A DNA stretch of 64,000 nt from Perna viridis (GCA_037379345.1 CM074514.1:40982001-41046000); one strand, 5' to 3'; shown: positions 12,601 through 25,502, counted from the first letter of the stretch. Notes: generated by a model from the letters alone, not told the origin. Numbers and translations: made by a program.

Positions 12601-15600
12601 GAAGGGGATAAATTTGGAAATTTCGAGTGGAAAACAAATGAAGGATAACATTAAGGCGCTTGTAAGCATGAGTTATCCTTCATGCATATTCAAATAGTTT
12701 ATAATGTTTAATTTAATTTTCATATTAAATGATGCATTAAAAGGAAACAAATCAATAAATAAAAAAGCATAAGTTATTCCTGTATGACATGATCCAAAAC
12801 CGTTTTGATGTCATAGAAACTGGTATATCACTTGACAATAAGAAGGGAAATGAAAATTGGTAACTGGAGATATTAACAATAAAAGCTTAATTACAAATGT
12901 ACGTACTGCTATAGAAAAGTACGGGAAAGTTTTACACGAACTAGTCAAAATATTTTTTCACAAAATATCATAGCAAGGAAACAAACACCGGGGGGGGGGG
13001 GGTTAGGACGTCACAAAAGTATTTGAACAATTTCATTGATTATCTTGAGATATCATTGTACATGCAGACATGCCCGAAAAAGTTTTATGCTCAATTATAC
13101 TTATACATTAATTACTTATCATGTATATTTCCGTCACCGTGAACATACACAGTCATGTATTTACATGTATTATTACAGGTAAAATGACGGTTTTGATGGA
13201 TACAGCCTGGGATATATCGTGTTGCGCAGTGGTAAAACAATGGAATTTCTGGGCCAAGGCCAGTGGTGTTCTTAAGATTGGTGTATTTAGGCCAAACGGG
13301 ACAAACTACTATGCTGTTGGTTACAATGAAATTATAATACCAGGTGAGGAAAGGATGTAAAACTCTTCTTGAAACTCACAATTCTCAATCGAAATTTCTC
13401 GGTCATTCCTGATATCATTGCGCTAAAAATAATCTCGTAATCCGATGCAAAAGAAGAAATTACATGTAGCCGGAATAGTGTCCACCAGGTGGCTTTAAAA
13501 ATTTTAGTCAAAGATATCACAAGAAGTAAAGAATAGTATCCTTTTTAAGATTGGAAGAGAGAGTTAACACTTAAAAAATGTAATTCGGTGAGGTAGTTAT
13601 GATTATAATCTTGGAATCGATCGGACAAATTCCAGAAGGTTATTCCGCTTAATGCCGACGAAGTTTTTCTTCTGGGTAACGAGATAAGTTGAATATTTCA
13701 AACTGCACGCAATTTTGACATTTTTTCTTACATTTGTCGTCCATGGCTTTTTTGCAAAAAATGACTTAAAAAAGGTTTACTACCGTTGTACGAAATGTAC
13801 ATGTGTTGTATTGGCATGACGCAGTCGGAACAGCTTCACTCTTTACCCTTAGAATTCAAGGACATGCATGTTTACTGGTCGTAATTAGGTTTGAATTCCC
13901 GATTGCTCAAATACCGATAACTTAGTACATTGTAGCATCCGAAAAATGTGTATCTACATATATAAAAAATGAAACCGCGGTTTATGCTCATGTTGAAAAT
14001 TTTAAGTAAAAAGAACATGATTTAACTGCGTCTACTATCTTCTGTTTTAAGAAGATATACGGTTATAACATGATTGTACTTGTTTTATAATTTGCACATC
14101 TGATACATGTAGAAACTATAATTTACAGATCAGGTTCAATTTTCAACAAAATCCCGTTGGAAGATTTTGAGATATACTATCTTTAAGATTTGCCATGGCT
14201 TCTTTTTTGGGAATTCCTTAAATTTTGAATATAGAAAAAAAAGGTGTCAAATCTTTATATATTCCGGATATTTAGTATACACTACAAGCCCAATATACAA
14301 ATATACATGCATTAGTATCCTTCTTTTACTCATGTGTATGTGTTCATACTTTTTTACAGACTCATCCATTGGTAAAGAAGTGATAGTTGAAAATGTAGAA
14401 GGCGAAAGAATTGCCATTAAAGACGGAGATAAAATAGCTTGGTAAGGATTATGGTACATGTATTTTGTTTTCGGCCACTTCCGCAAACTAATGAAAAAAA
14501 AATAGAATTTGACTATAGAATAAATATTAAATATTGAATAGTAAATTTATTTTTCACAAGTTACAACTACATTGTATTCACGAGACGAAGTCGAGGGCAA
14601 TAGTTGTAACTGAGGGGAAAATAAACTTACTTTTAAGTGTTCAAAACTTAGCCAATCATATTAACAGCAGTGCAAATTTTGCGAAATATAATTACTCTTT
14701 CAGGGAGGGCAAATAGTTAGGAAACTATTGACCAGCCAATAGTCTTTTGGCTCGCAATTTATCAGAAAATGAAAACTACAAATGTATTCACATAAACTTT
14801 GCAAAGAAAAAGTACACTGAGGTATATGTACATGATAATTAGCATTTATTTTGTTTGTCACTGGAAGGAACGCAAATGCAAATGTCATAATGTGTACGCA
14901 ACAGTGCATGCAACAAACTATAAAAAATGTTTTTACGGCCTTTATTCCGGACTTGCGGACCAACATTTTGTCAATATTTATCTCCCGACCTCCACAAGTA
15001 GGGAATAGACAATGAATCATTGTCCAATGAATTGTTGCATTTGTCCGAAAACGTAGTCTTAGACACGGAGCAGTCAGCGGCGTCTCAGGCTATAATTTGA
15101 AACGATGAATGGCTCCAAATCGTTCAGTCGGAAGTGATGTAAATTGGAAACGACGTATGCAGTAAGGAAATGGTTGTTACTTTTAACACAGATACAATGT
15201 ACACGTTGTATGTTATAGAAAGTCTTGAGTATTCCCGTTTAATCGCGACATCAGCACTGTGAATTATGTCATCTGAGTACAAATGGCTGCTACCGTAAGA
15301 ATAGAAAAGGTAGTAGAGGTGCTCATTGCACTGTTGGCAATCAAAACGTTTTAAGTGTATATTAATTGTTGAATTCCAAACGCTTTAAACAAGGTAAGCT
15401 TTGAAAAAAAGAACGTAAATAGAAATTCTCAGGCGTAGTTTAGCTTTAAGTTTTGAGTACAGTGTACACTTGTAGCTGTGTTAAGGGTTTATTAATGCTA
15501 CAGCGGCGGATCCAGAGGGGTGGAAGGGGTTGTCACCTACCTCTTTATTGCAAAACTTGCCATTTACATGTGAAAAATTGACAAAAATGGCAAATAATGT

Positions 15601-18600
15601 CGTAGCACCCCCACCCTTTTCTGAGGGACCTCAGCTTGCACCCCCCCCCTTTTCAAAGTGTCTGGATCCGGCCCTGTTCTACATGTATATTAAGACAGAG
15701 CATTGATCAAATTTTGTACAATCATTAAAATATTTCTATCTGGAAGGCTATATCTTATTAATAACACTTCTGGAAACATCTGATTTTATGATATTTACAC
15801 TATGGAAACACTTCTAGATCATGATAATTTTGTTGGCATTGTTTTACAGTTGATAAGCTGGAAGTGGGCAACATAAGAAGCGGTTTGGTAGTGTACTTAG
15901 CCTCAACAATTATAAAATGCTCCTCATCTATGAAAATTATCATTATAATTATTTATTACAAGAATGGATAATTATGTCACTCCGGTTTTATTTATTCACG
16001 TTCAGTGGGCATTAATTTTAAACAAATATTGACATAACATGGTCTTAACAAGGTTGTATACATGAACATTGATATTTCAGGCATTCATCCGGTCGAAACA
16101 TCATTGCCTATGAGACTTGTACGACTTCGGATCGGTCAGACTGTCCACAGAATACAAAACAATTCTCTCCAGCTACTGACCCACAAGCAGGCGACAACTA
16201 CGACTTATCAACGGCAAATACTTTAACTAACAGGGCATACTCCATCATGTTGACAACTTCTGAAAGTATGTATTTTTAAAGGGATTTTAAGGAACTGTTG
16301 CTTCGACAAGGTGAAGTTGAATTGAACACTTCATATAGAAATCAAAAAGAGCATACCCGTAGACAGGAGGGTTGAGAGAGGGTGACGACGACCCCTCCTT
16401 TTGGAAGAAAACAAATCGTTGAAACTGTTAAAAATGCACTTTTAATTTAAAGTAAAATAACCCTAGTCTTCAGTTTTTGTAGTATTCTAGCACATAGAGT
16501 TGCATAACCTGACCTTTGGTTAAACGCAAAAGAAACAATGCAAATGTTTTGAAAATTTTGTATAGGTTTTCCGGTTATATTTCGAAGGAATCGAAGCATC
16601 CTTGACTGCTTTTGACGTCACTTTTCCAGATTCTGCACAGAGACTAACTTCCAGTGAGAGTGAGACGGAGTTGGAATGGAACACTGAGATTGGTACTACA
16701 GCTATCTTCCTTACTAATACGGATTTGGATGCCTTCGATGAGTTTACATATACCATGACGGAAACATCACCTAGTGGCTCCTCCTCCTACTTTGAACTGA
16801 ACATTCCAAGATGTATGTTATTATTTTATAATGATTATGAGGGCCGGAGCTATTTGTACATTTAATTTCATTAATAATGCATTGTTAGGTTGTTATATTT
16901 ATGTCACCGATGTCTCGACCAAAGAGAATATGCGAGACTTCCTATTGTACATGATGTGCGTCTGCGCTAAAACTTCAAAAACTGCATACTCACTTTGAAC
17001 AGAAACATTTTATTTTGACAGAGAATCGAACACTTAACTCAAAAAATTCTAGAACGAGATTGATACATAGATCGTGAACGTTTTATTTTTTCGCCGTTCT
17101 GTATATGAAAATATGTGTAATTTTATTCGTCTCTGCAAAAGTTGCAATCAGTATATACGTTCTGATAGCTTTCAGTCTGGTTTAAGAATCTCATAAAATG
17201 ATCCATACATGTTTGAGTCAATAAGACAAGTTTAGCTGTCTTCTAGAAAATTACACACGTATTAACTTCTGTGAAATCCTACATGATAACCAGTACTATC
17301 TTCAACAAAAAATAGCCGACGCAATAAAGTTTTGTTCTTTCTATTTATAATTTTCTTCATTTCAATCAGGGAATAACACATAGCACGCAATTTCAATTTT
17401 TGATACTGTTTGTTCGAACGCCACTTACTTATAAGTAATTGTCCAGTCGGGAAACATAATTGAGATCAGTTGATTTGCGTCTCCATGGAAGGGCGTCTTT
17501 TAAGGTCAAAGGTAAAAAGCGAAAGTACACCGACGGCGTCGAAAAAAGAACGGATGTGATAAACGAAACAACTGTACTAGACTAAGTGTTTAACCTTACA
17601 CCCCAAAATACGGCAAATTATTTCGGAGACCATCAAAAGGTCTTTAACAAGTGTAAACATACATGTACCTTTGAGAAAGCTCCAAAATGGCCAACAACAA
17701 AAATAAAAAAATCCCTGGTAACAGATCGTCTCAAATTCCTCAAAATCAAAAGGACGCAAAAGACACATTAGCAGCAAACATCTCCTGGCTTTATGTATGG
17801 ACAGGTGCGTGGAATCTGTGGAGGGTTTAATCTAGCTTTATACGGCCTTCAACATCCCTATTTTTTCCATTTAGATCTTTTTTTTTTTCATTCGCTGTCA
17901 TGCAAGCCTGCTATAATAATTGATCTAACGATACACACATATCTGCTTTTAAGCAAAACTTATGATACATGCATTACTTTACATAACTACTTATAGCATA
18001 TATCATACGTACCATTTTTATTTACATGTACATGTACATTTAGTGCCGAGAAATACAGCTTGTAATGTTAAATATTAAAATATGCAGAAAGTAAATATTT
18101 TAATGGTTACTAAAATGAAAGAAAGTCTATAAAGAATGCACATACATGTATATCTTTCCTGTAGATGAGTCAAATTATATTAGACTGTTAAAAGATTGCA
18201 CTGGCAATTCATTCATGAACATCTGCAATTATTGAATAGTCTTCCTATACAATTTCATCAAAGTTTGTACAATCACATGTACTGTACACGTACAGTAATG
18301 GAGCAGTTACACATACATCTACACGATTTTAACATATAAATTCCTTAAATCAGGCTTACATGTATCTCTCAGTACAGATACATACTGTAATGCACATCTA
18401 CATTTGATGTCGAAATTTAATTTAACGTCATATAAAAAATTATCAAACTTCGCCGTTTCTCACTATGTAATACTTTTCCTCCGTAGATTTGTAGCATGTA
18501 AATAAATGCTTAAAAAGGCCTTTTACATTTGTGCTTTTTAATACAGTAAACTTACCATTTTTATGCCATTGCTTAAAATTAATCATGTTCATAAAATGAG

Positions 18601-21600
18601 AAACGAGTCTTCTTTTACTATAGAGTTGATAAATTTAAGTTAAATACATGTTTTACTGTTACCTTTTGAAAGCTAAAAAAAATGTGGAAGTTAAAAAGGT
18701 TTTGTTTTTTATAACTAGTCCATTTAAGTACATCTCCGTCTGAGAATCAGGAAAAATGTATACATGTATAAGGTGTTGCACATTAAAGACAAAAAACGCA
18801 GAGATTTTATTGCAATTAATTATACCTGATAACCACCAGAAATGAACATCAAAGTTTTTGTAAAATATGATTTTGATAAGTCAAATTTAGTTGAAATGCA
18901 CTACAGAAAAATGGCGGGAAACTTTTTCCGCACTCTTTCCCGATATACCAGTCAAAAATATCTATGTCACAGATGCTTCAGGATAAACTTACATAGCTAT
19001 TTTGTTGTTTTCTATATGTACTCACTAAATTTGGGAAAATGATGTGCCACCCATTGCCTGGTTGTTACACAGAATGGTTCTTCATTAGGAATTGTTTATG
19101 CAACATGCAAGGAATGCCAACAAAGTTCTCTAGCCTATTATACATGTACCTAATTTTCAAAATATAAGAATAGGTTGAAAGACCGATAATTTTACTATTC
19201 CCCTCATAACCAAATGTAAATTAATACATGTAACATAAGGTTTTACATGTATGTCTGTTTCAGTAACGATTGACCTTAAAGCGAAACTTCCACTACAAGA
19301 TAGCGGTCCATATACAATAACTGTTACAAATGTGGATACTTGTGAACATACTTCTAGTGTCACAGTTACCATAGGAACTTACAATGCCGTGAGTACACTA
19401 TTGAGTATACTTACATGTACATGTACACTTGCGAGTACTACAATATGAAAACTTATAATGCCGTGAGTATTACATGTACTACATATACAATGTATACTTA
19501 CATGTACATGTAAGCTATAGTGAGTACCGCTATATTAAAACTTTTAATGCCGTGAGTACTGCATGTGCTACATAATGCCGTGAGTACTATTGAATGTACA
19601 TGTAAAATGTATACTTGCATGAACATATAAGCTATCGTGAGTACTGCAATATTAAAACTTTCAATGCCGTAATTACTACATGTACTACATGTACAATATA
19701 TACTTGCATGTACATTTAAACTGTCGTGGGTTCTACAACACATATAGATGTATTTATTCTATCGTGATTACTGCGGTATGTATACTACACAATATATATC
19801 TGTGCTCATGCTGTATGATTTTGATTTAAGTACGCTTATGCTAATGTTTTGGAGTTTAAATAAGCTAGCAGAGTCATACGTATTTAGATCGGGATGCTGT
19901 TAGTCTGCGAATGAGACTGTGTGTGATTGTTAATGCCCATAAACTTAAAAATATATTATAGTTGCAGTTTTGTATAACACTAATTATAATACTTTTTTTT
20001 CTACGCAGCCACCAATCGTTACAAATTTGCCATACATTTTGGAAATTATTGAGACTACCAGAGAAGTAATTCCATTGTATCAAATCAACGTAATAGATGC
20101 AACAAATGATCCTATATGTTGCACGATGCCCTATTCAATACCAGCCTCGTTCAACTTTGAATTAAGACAATTTAATAATTCAAATGGTAGGTATATGTAC
20201 TGTATAAATGCTTTACGTTCAAAGTATACTGTAAAAATACTATTATTTGGTACAAATATTCTTAGTTAAAGAAGAACTTTCAAATGTCAATTTGCACATG
20301 TACATGTATATTAATCAATTCGTGATATTAAACAACTTCATCATTTAAATCATTTTATTGAAAATTCTTATTTCGCTGGCAAATAAATTTCGTCATTTGC
20401 CTTACCCATTTTTCATATATTTCTTTGACGTATGTAAAACATTTACATGTATAGTATTCATAGAATCAAAGTACTCATGTCCTGAATCAATTTATCTTCG
20501 ATTGTTGCATTTTAACGACTAAAAACATCATCAAATTGCAAAAATATGGATAAGTTAAAAGTAAAGAACTGGGATTGACTTCAAACGTATCTAAACAAAA
20601 AAAGTAGTGTTATAAATGGTTAATATTGAACTCCTTGATTTAAACTCATGTATTTGCCATCGTTCTAGCAGAGTTTTATTTTAATTTGTCTTCGCCGGGC
20701 TTCCGATGTCACGAGGCGGTAACTGTACTAAAAGGTTAAGATTAAGATCAGTCCACAATTTGCTTTCAACTTAGTTGCCAGTTTTTAGTTGTTTGATGCG
20801 GCGTTTTTTTTTCTGTTTTTTTGTTTGTTTTGTTTTTGTTTTTGTTAGATGGATATGGATTAAAATATCTTCTATGAGTGTAAATAATAGAACGTTCTCT
20901 TCCGACTTGTCGGTCTAATGCAAATTAACGCTCCAATATGTAAATGCTACCCTTTTGTGTAAAATGTGGTCCCAAACAAGAGCGGCAAATACATGTACTA
21001 GCTTGATATACTCTTTCTTTGGCGCTAAACATAACATGGTTTATTACGCATCTAAGAATGAAGCATATGTAGGTACAAATGTAACTTGAGTACATCGACA
21101 ATGAACGAGTGAACGATTGGTTTAGTCCTGTATGAAGCTTAGATATGAACAACAGTACTGATAAGGATGGAGTCATTTTTTTTAATTGAGTCGTTGTCAA
21201 TTCTGAATTCAAACCAAATTAATCTGATATTTTGATTGCAGTAAAAGTTATTTACTGGGTTTGTTTGTTGACGTTAATAGCATAATTTTAAATTTGATAT
21301 ATAAGAAATACCTATAAAGGGGACATAAGCCTAAACGGAGGTTTTCAGTGGAACTATCTTCCTGCGGCGGTGTAAGAGATAATAGTAGATGTTAATAGGC
21401 TTTACAAATCGATAGGGACTGGCGACTGCTATATCAATTCTGATCTTCGATCTAAATTGATAAAAAGACATACATGCACATGGATCATAGGGGCGCCTCT
21501 GATGTTTACGACCCCTCCCAACCGCCAATCGCTAATTCTTTGCTCGGTCCTAAAATCAGAAATCTATTTACGTCCCTAACCTGAAATCCTAGGTTTTGTG

Positions 21601-23348
21601 TATTTGTATGTATTTTAAAACCTTCGTCAATAAACATCAAATGTACCTTGTAGGATTTTAATATATCTAAGACAACATTCGTAAAGAAACATTTATTGTT
21701 TTTTTGTTTTGTTATTTGTTTTGGTACATTTAAAAGGCATGTTTTTTTTAATTTGTCAATCTTTATTCAAATATTGAAGATTTTTTTATTTTTGTTTCAT
21801 TGATCAGATGTTAAAAAAGAACAGAAAAAATTTCTTAACTTCAAACATACATGTGTTTTCTTTTTGGAAAATGAAAACTTTGAACGCAGATTTTAAATCA
21901 ATGGGTTTTTAGCACCTTTTTTTTTAAAACACATTAACACTTGAGAACTGTCAAACAAGTACATTCTGTATAAAGACCAGTATTTTTGTTTTCGCAAAAA
22001 CAACTGTTGAAAGAGTAATCAAGGGAACCAAGGTTATAGCGGTAATCAAAAGAACGTAATCCAAGGACAAAGACCAGACATGGAAAACAGACACACACAA
22101 CAAAGAACACAAAGCAACTAAAATCATACATACAAAGTAACAAAAGTAAATTAGCAACTCGGACTCCACTAAAAACTGAAAGATAATTCTCTAAAAATCA
22201 GTCAATTTCTATTGTATTTTAACACATCATTTAGTACATGTATATTTACATATAATATTATACATGTACATGTATTTGATGTATCAATAGGAGGAATAGA
22301 TCTCTGGCTGTACACACGTACCAACCCTGTATTTGAGTACAGTGATATTGATTCCTACAGAGTATTCGTCTGCTGTCAGGATGCTTATGGGTCTTCATTC
22401 AGTTACCTCGTTGTGAGATTGGTAGAGGTCAAACAGGAAACTCCATACGTACCACCAGGTAAGTTACAACTACATGCCTTAATAAACATAGATTATATAT
22501 ATATATATATATTTTTATTTCCACATGTACCTGGCAAGCCTATTGAAATGCCAGAGATCTCCACGCCATACATGTACTTTTTTACTTGTAGCCAGAAACT
22601 GTAGCTATGTCTGGGACCTCGAACCCGAGTTGCTAAGCGTAGATATAGAAATTAGTTTTAGGATTTATGGGACTTAATTGATATCCGTTTTTGTGGGGAT
22701 ACATGTAGGATTCAGGACAAAACTTACGTGGGAAAGGGGTGGTGTACCCTACACTCATTATACCTTACGTTTACATGAAACAGAACATAAATGGATTGTT
22801 TGACTAAGCAGTTCTTCGTAACATTTACTTAATCAGATGATAAGTATAGTGTTACATGTTCATACATGTACATACACGTACATAGATGACCGTGCAAATC
22901 TTTTCTGAATGTAATCATTAAAGTGGTTCGTCTTGAATTGCAAAAGCTTAGTATAATTATGTTAACTTTAGCAAATTCTAAACATCAAGATTTTTCAGGA
23001 AATGCGTATATTTTCATATAAGATTTTATTGCAGGTGTTATTGGGTACTTAGGGTATTGTCCAACTCGTATATTTCATTAATAGGTAGCCAAGGATTCTG
23101 GTTGCGACATTTTACACTTAAATATATTCAATAAATTGACTAATAGTTTATATCCTTTTGTTTTCCAACTACAAATGTTTATTTGTCTTACATGTAAATA
23201 CCAGTCAGAGTAATATGGCATTGTTTGATTCTGTTTTGTTTTAATTTCAGATTGGTTTTACAGAGCTCTGATCCTGAGTTTGACTCCTATATCACTAATG
23301 ACAGCAGTTGCCTGTATCGTTCTCTTTTATTCCGTCTTCTGGTTTTAA
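9600..23348 (+). CDS. Gene A (11 exons, 632 aa): signal peptide - degenerate VWA - CC/W-rich beta domain - 2 cadherin-like repeats - C-terminal TM helix, no cytoplasmic tail
   Basis: Exons 9600-9663, 10007-10588, 12273-12341, 13179-13343, 14360-14441, 16081-16265, 16630-16812, 19264-19388, 20009-20186, 22291-22458, 23251-23348. All introns are GT-AG, phases 1,1,1,1,2,1,1,0,1,1, total 1899 nt in one open frame. Every exon has a same-length counterpart in gene B. Confidence 0.9.
10007..10588 (+). CDS. Gene A exon 2, degenerate VWA domain
   Basis: ttccag acceptor; CAPIRYDIAFYF...TRFAAH...FLESEGDRSDVQNYCFMF VWA-like pattern; A|gtaagt donor. Confidence 0.9.
10613..10783. mobile_element. MITE, GGCGGATCCAG TIR family
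   Basis: cagtgacatatccagagg...ggttccgcccctg; internal similarity to 15501-15676. Confidence 0.6.
11911..12058. mobile_element. MITE, GGCGGATCCA TIR family
   Basis: caggcgcggatcca...tggatccgcccctg. Confidence 0.75.
12273..12341 (+). CDS. Gene A exon 3 (CGDNFFAYDYPSEITTNTDTEE)
   Basis: ttgcag acceptor, gtacat donor; 69 nt as in B and C. Confidence 0.85.
13179..13343 (+). CDS. Gene A exon 4 (DTAWDISCCAVVKQWNFW...YNEIIIP)
   Basis: ttacag/gtgagg junctions; paralogous to B and C exons. Confidence 0.9.
14360..14441 (+). CDS. Gene A exon 5 (ERIAIKDGDKIAW)
   Basis: ttacag/gtaagg; 82 nt in all three paralogs. Confidence 0.88.
15501..15676. mobile_element. MITE, GGCGGATCCAG TIR family
   Basis: cagcggcggatccaga...tctggatccggccctg. 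Confidence 0.75.
16081..16265 (+). CDS. Gene A exon 6 (HSSGRNIIAYETC...RAYSIMLTTSE)
   Basis: tttcag/gtatgt; matches B 33857-34041. Confidence 0.88.
16630..16812 (+). CDS. Gene A exon 7, cadherin-like repeat 1, first half
   Basis: ttccag/gtatgt; ELEWNTEIG...TDLD cadherin-like pattern. Confidence 0.88.
19264..19388 (+). CDS. Gene A exon 8, cadherin-like repeat 1, second half
   Basis: tttcag/gtgagt; GPYTITVTNVD...TYNA. Confidence 0.88.
19383..19760 (+). repeat. Degenerate tandem repeat built from the exon 8/intron 8 junction
   Basis: aatgccgtgagt at 19383, 19457, 19546 and 19574; aatgccgt at 19663. Confidence 0.8.
20009..20186 (+). CDS. Gene A exon 9, cadherin-like repeat 2, first half
   Basis: acgcag/gtaggt; PPIVTNLP...DATNDPICC. 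Confidence 0.9.
22010..22180 (-). mobile_element. Same repeat family (copy 2)
   Basis: High identity to 54740-54903. Confidence 0.85.
22291..22458 (+). CDS. Gene A exon 10, cadherin-like repeat 2, second half
   Basis: caatag/gtaagt; FEYSDIDSYRVFVCCQD. Confidence 0.9.
23251..23348 (+). CDS. Gene A exon 11, terminal hydrophobic helix and stop
   Basis: tttcag acceptor; DWFYRALILSLTPISLMTAVACIVLFYSVFWF-TAA. Confidence 0.88.
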
Positions 23349-23363
23349 TATTTTTTAAACTAC

Positions 23364-23369
23364 AATAAA
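23364..23369 (+). promoter_or_regulatory. Candidate polyadenylation signal of gene A
   Basis: AATAAA 15 nt after the stop; the hexamer is common in AT-rich DNA. Confidence 0.4.
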
Positions 23370-23555
23370 GCACCGATTAGCTTTTTTGCAATCAAGCAAC
23401 CATATTTTTTTCTGGAACAAGAGTTGTGGCAATATTTTTTTTTATTTTGTATATAGAACATTGTAGCTGTGAAGTATGGCTACCTGAATTGTTTTTGTTT
23501 CATTGTATGGTATTCCAAGTATTTCAACCAATGCATGAGCTTTAAGGATCAATCA

Positions 23556-23911
23556 GAACACCTCAGCCTTTCTAGTTATACAAAAGAAAAAAACTAGGAA
23601 ACGCTAGGCGGATGGATCTGTCCGGAATTTGACCGATCGGTTCTGAAATTATTGTTAAACTGGTTTAATTTTTTACCATTACTTTTTTTTCCTTAGCTCC
23701 TCGCTTCGCGTCAAAATTCTTGGAAGAGTTGTTGTTCTTTATTTCTAGTGATATCCAACTAAAATATTTAGCGCCACCTGGTGGATAGAACTACTTTGAT
23801 TCGCGTATGACTACAATTCCGGCAATTTTTCAATAAGAAATTCTCCTTTCTGCAGCCGAGGTCATTGTTTTCGTTTTACAGTAGCGGAAATGGCCGAGTA
23901 GTTCCGATTGC
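23556..23911 (+). mobile_element. ~350 bp dispersed repeat carrying a CTCF-like motif
   Basis: Colinear copy at 31878-32224; diverged inverted copy at ~13430-13700. Confidence 0.8.
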
Positions 23912-25502
23912 TTTGAGAACCTACGCAAAAAAGTAGTTCACATATTTATTGCACTTGTTTTATGTCACTGATGGAATAGTGCCAAGTGAACTTATAGTAC
24001 AGCTGATATTTATATTATAATTATTAATATATTGATACATAAAATAGGCACTGTTATACATGTAATCTGAATTTATTTTTATGTCCTATTTGTGTGAAAT
24101 GTACATGTATAGGGGAATTCCCGTTCTATATTTAGCTCATTGAGTATCTAGTACATGTAGCCGGTGTCGCAATCCTAGGTAATACATACATTTACAACGC
24201 TTTTGGTGTAGAATGGAAGCATTTATGTGATTTACAATCATCTAAAGTTCCATTCTGTTTTACCTGTAAAATCAGGCATTTTTATTAGGTACTTTGACTA
24301 AATATATGTAATACATCCAAAAACAACCGAAAAGCCATTTAGATATATTTCGAAGCATCTGCGGGGCGTAGACATTCTAAGGAATAGGTGCGGGAATATA
24401 CTCCGTCATTTTCAATATTTACGATATTTCAATATTTTAAGATCATTATCTTAAAAGGGCAAATTCAACATATACTTTAATGGTTGTTAATGACATAAAG
24501 GGTATTACATGTAATACATGCACTTTAGTATTGAAATAGAAGCTCGACGTTTTTTTTTCTCTTTATGTGCCACTCCTAAAACACATTTAACCTGATTCTT
24601 AGAGAGAAGAGTTTATTTGATAAGGTTTATAAACCTTTTTTAAGGTAGAAACTCCATAACACATTGAACCAAATGAAATTAGCATTGAAAAGTATGGAAA
24701 GTGACATTAATTAGTGATTTGTCGCCTTGATACTAAATGCAAGGAATAATGGTATTATTTAGAGACAACTCGTCCTCCTGGGAAAAATGAAAATAGCCAC
24801 AATGGTTTTCACTTGATACAGGCATTCTACATGTAGAAAATGAACATCGTGGGTTAAACCAGATTAAGTGGTTTTCCAAAACATATTAAGCTAATTTGAA
24901 ATTGTTTAAAAAGATTTGGTAGAAATGTAAAAATGTTTTTATAAATGGCTTTTCTAGTTGAACAATACAGCGGAATGATGGATGTTTTTACATATACATG
25001 TACATCTTGAGGAACAAGACAAAGGACATGTAATTAGAAATCAAAACAGACGAAAATAAACCCTTTTTCTAGAGGTTTTACTTATTTGTACAAGTAAATA
25101 AAAATAGTTTAAACAATGACGAACGTAGCTCTATTTTGTACCTTCTCTGAATTGACATTATTGCATTAAAAGAGGAAATTTAAAAAAAAATGTTTTCTGT
25201 GCTTACTTTTAAGCATGGTAAGAATTTGACTTTCGACAATGTTTTACATGCAAGTAAGTGCATCACCACTGCAAACAAAAATGTTTTAGCTGTTGCTTCA
25301 GCTGGCACAATATGGTTATCTTCTCTTGAATGAAAACTTTTTTCCAGAGACTGTTTTACATGTAAATATTTCCAACTACTTAATTACATGTAGATACAAC
25401 ATATATTCCCAACGTCCATGATCTGGATGGATAAACGAATTGTTTACAACAATGTACTCCTTCACTGATTTTTAGAGGGTGTACATGTTAAATGTTAGTC
25501 CT

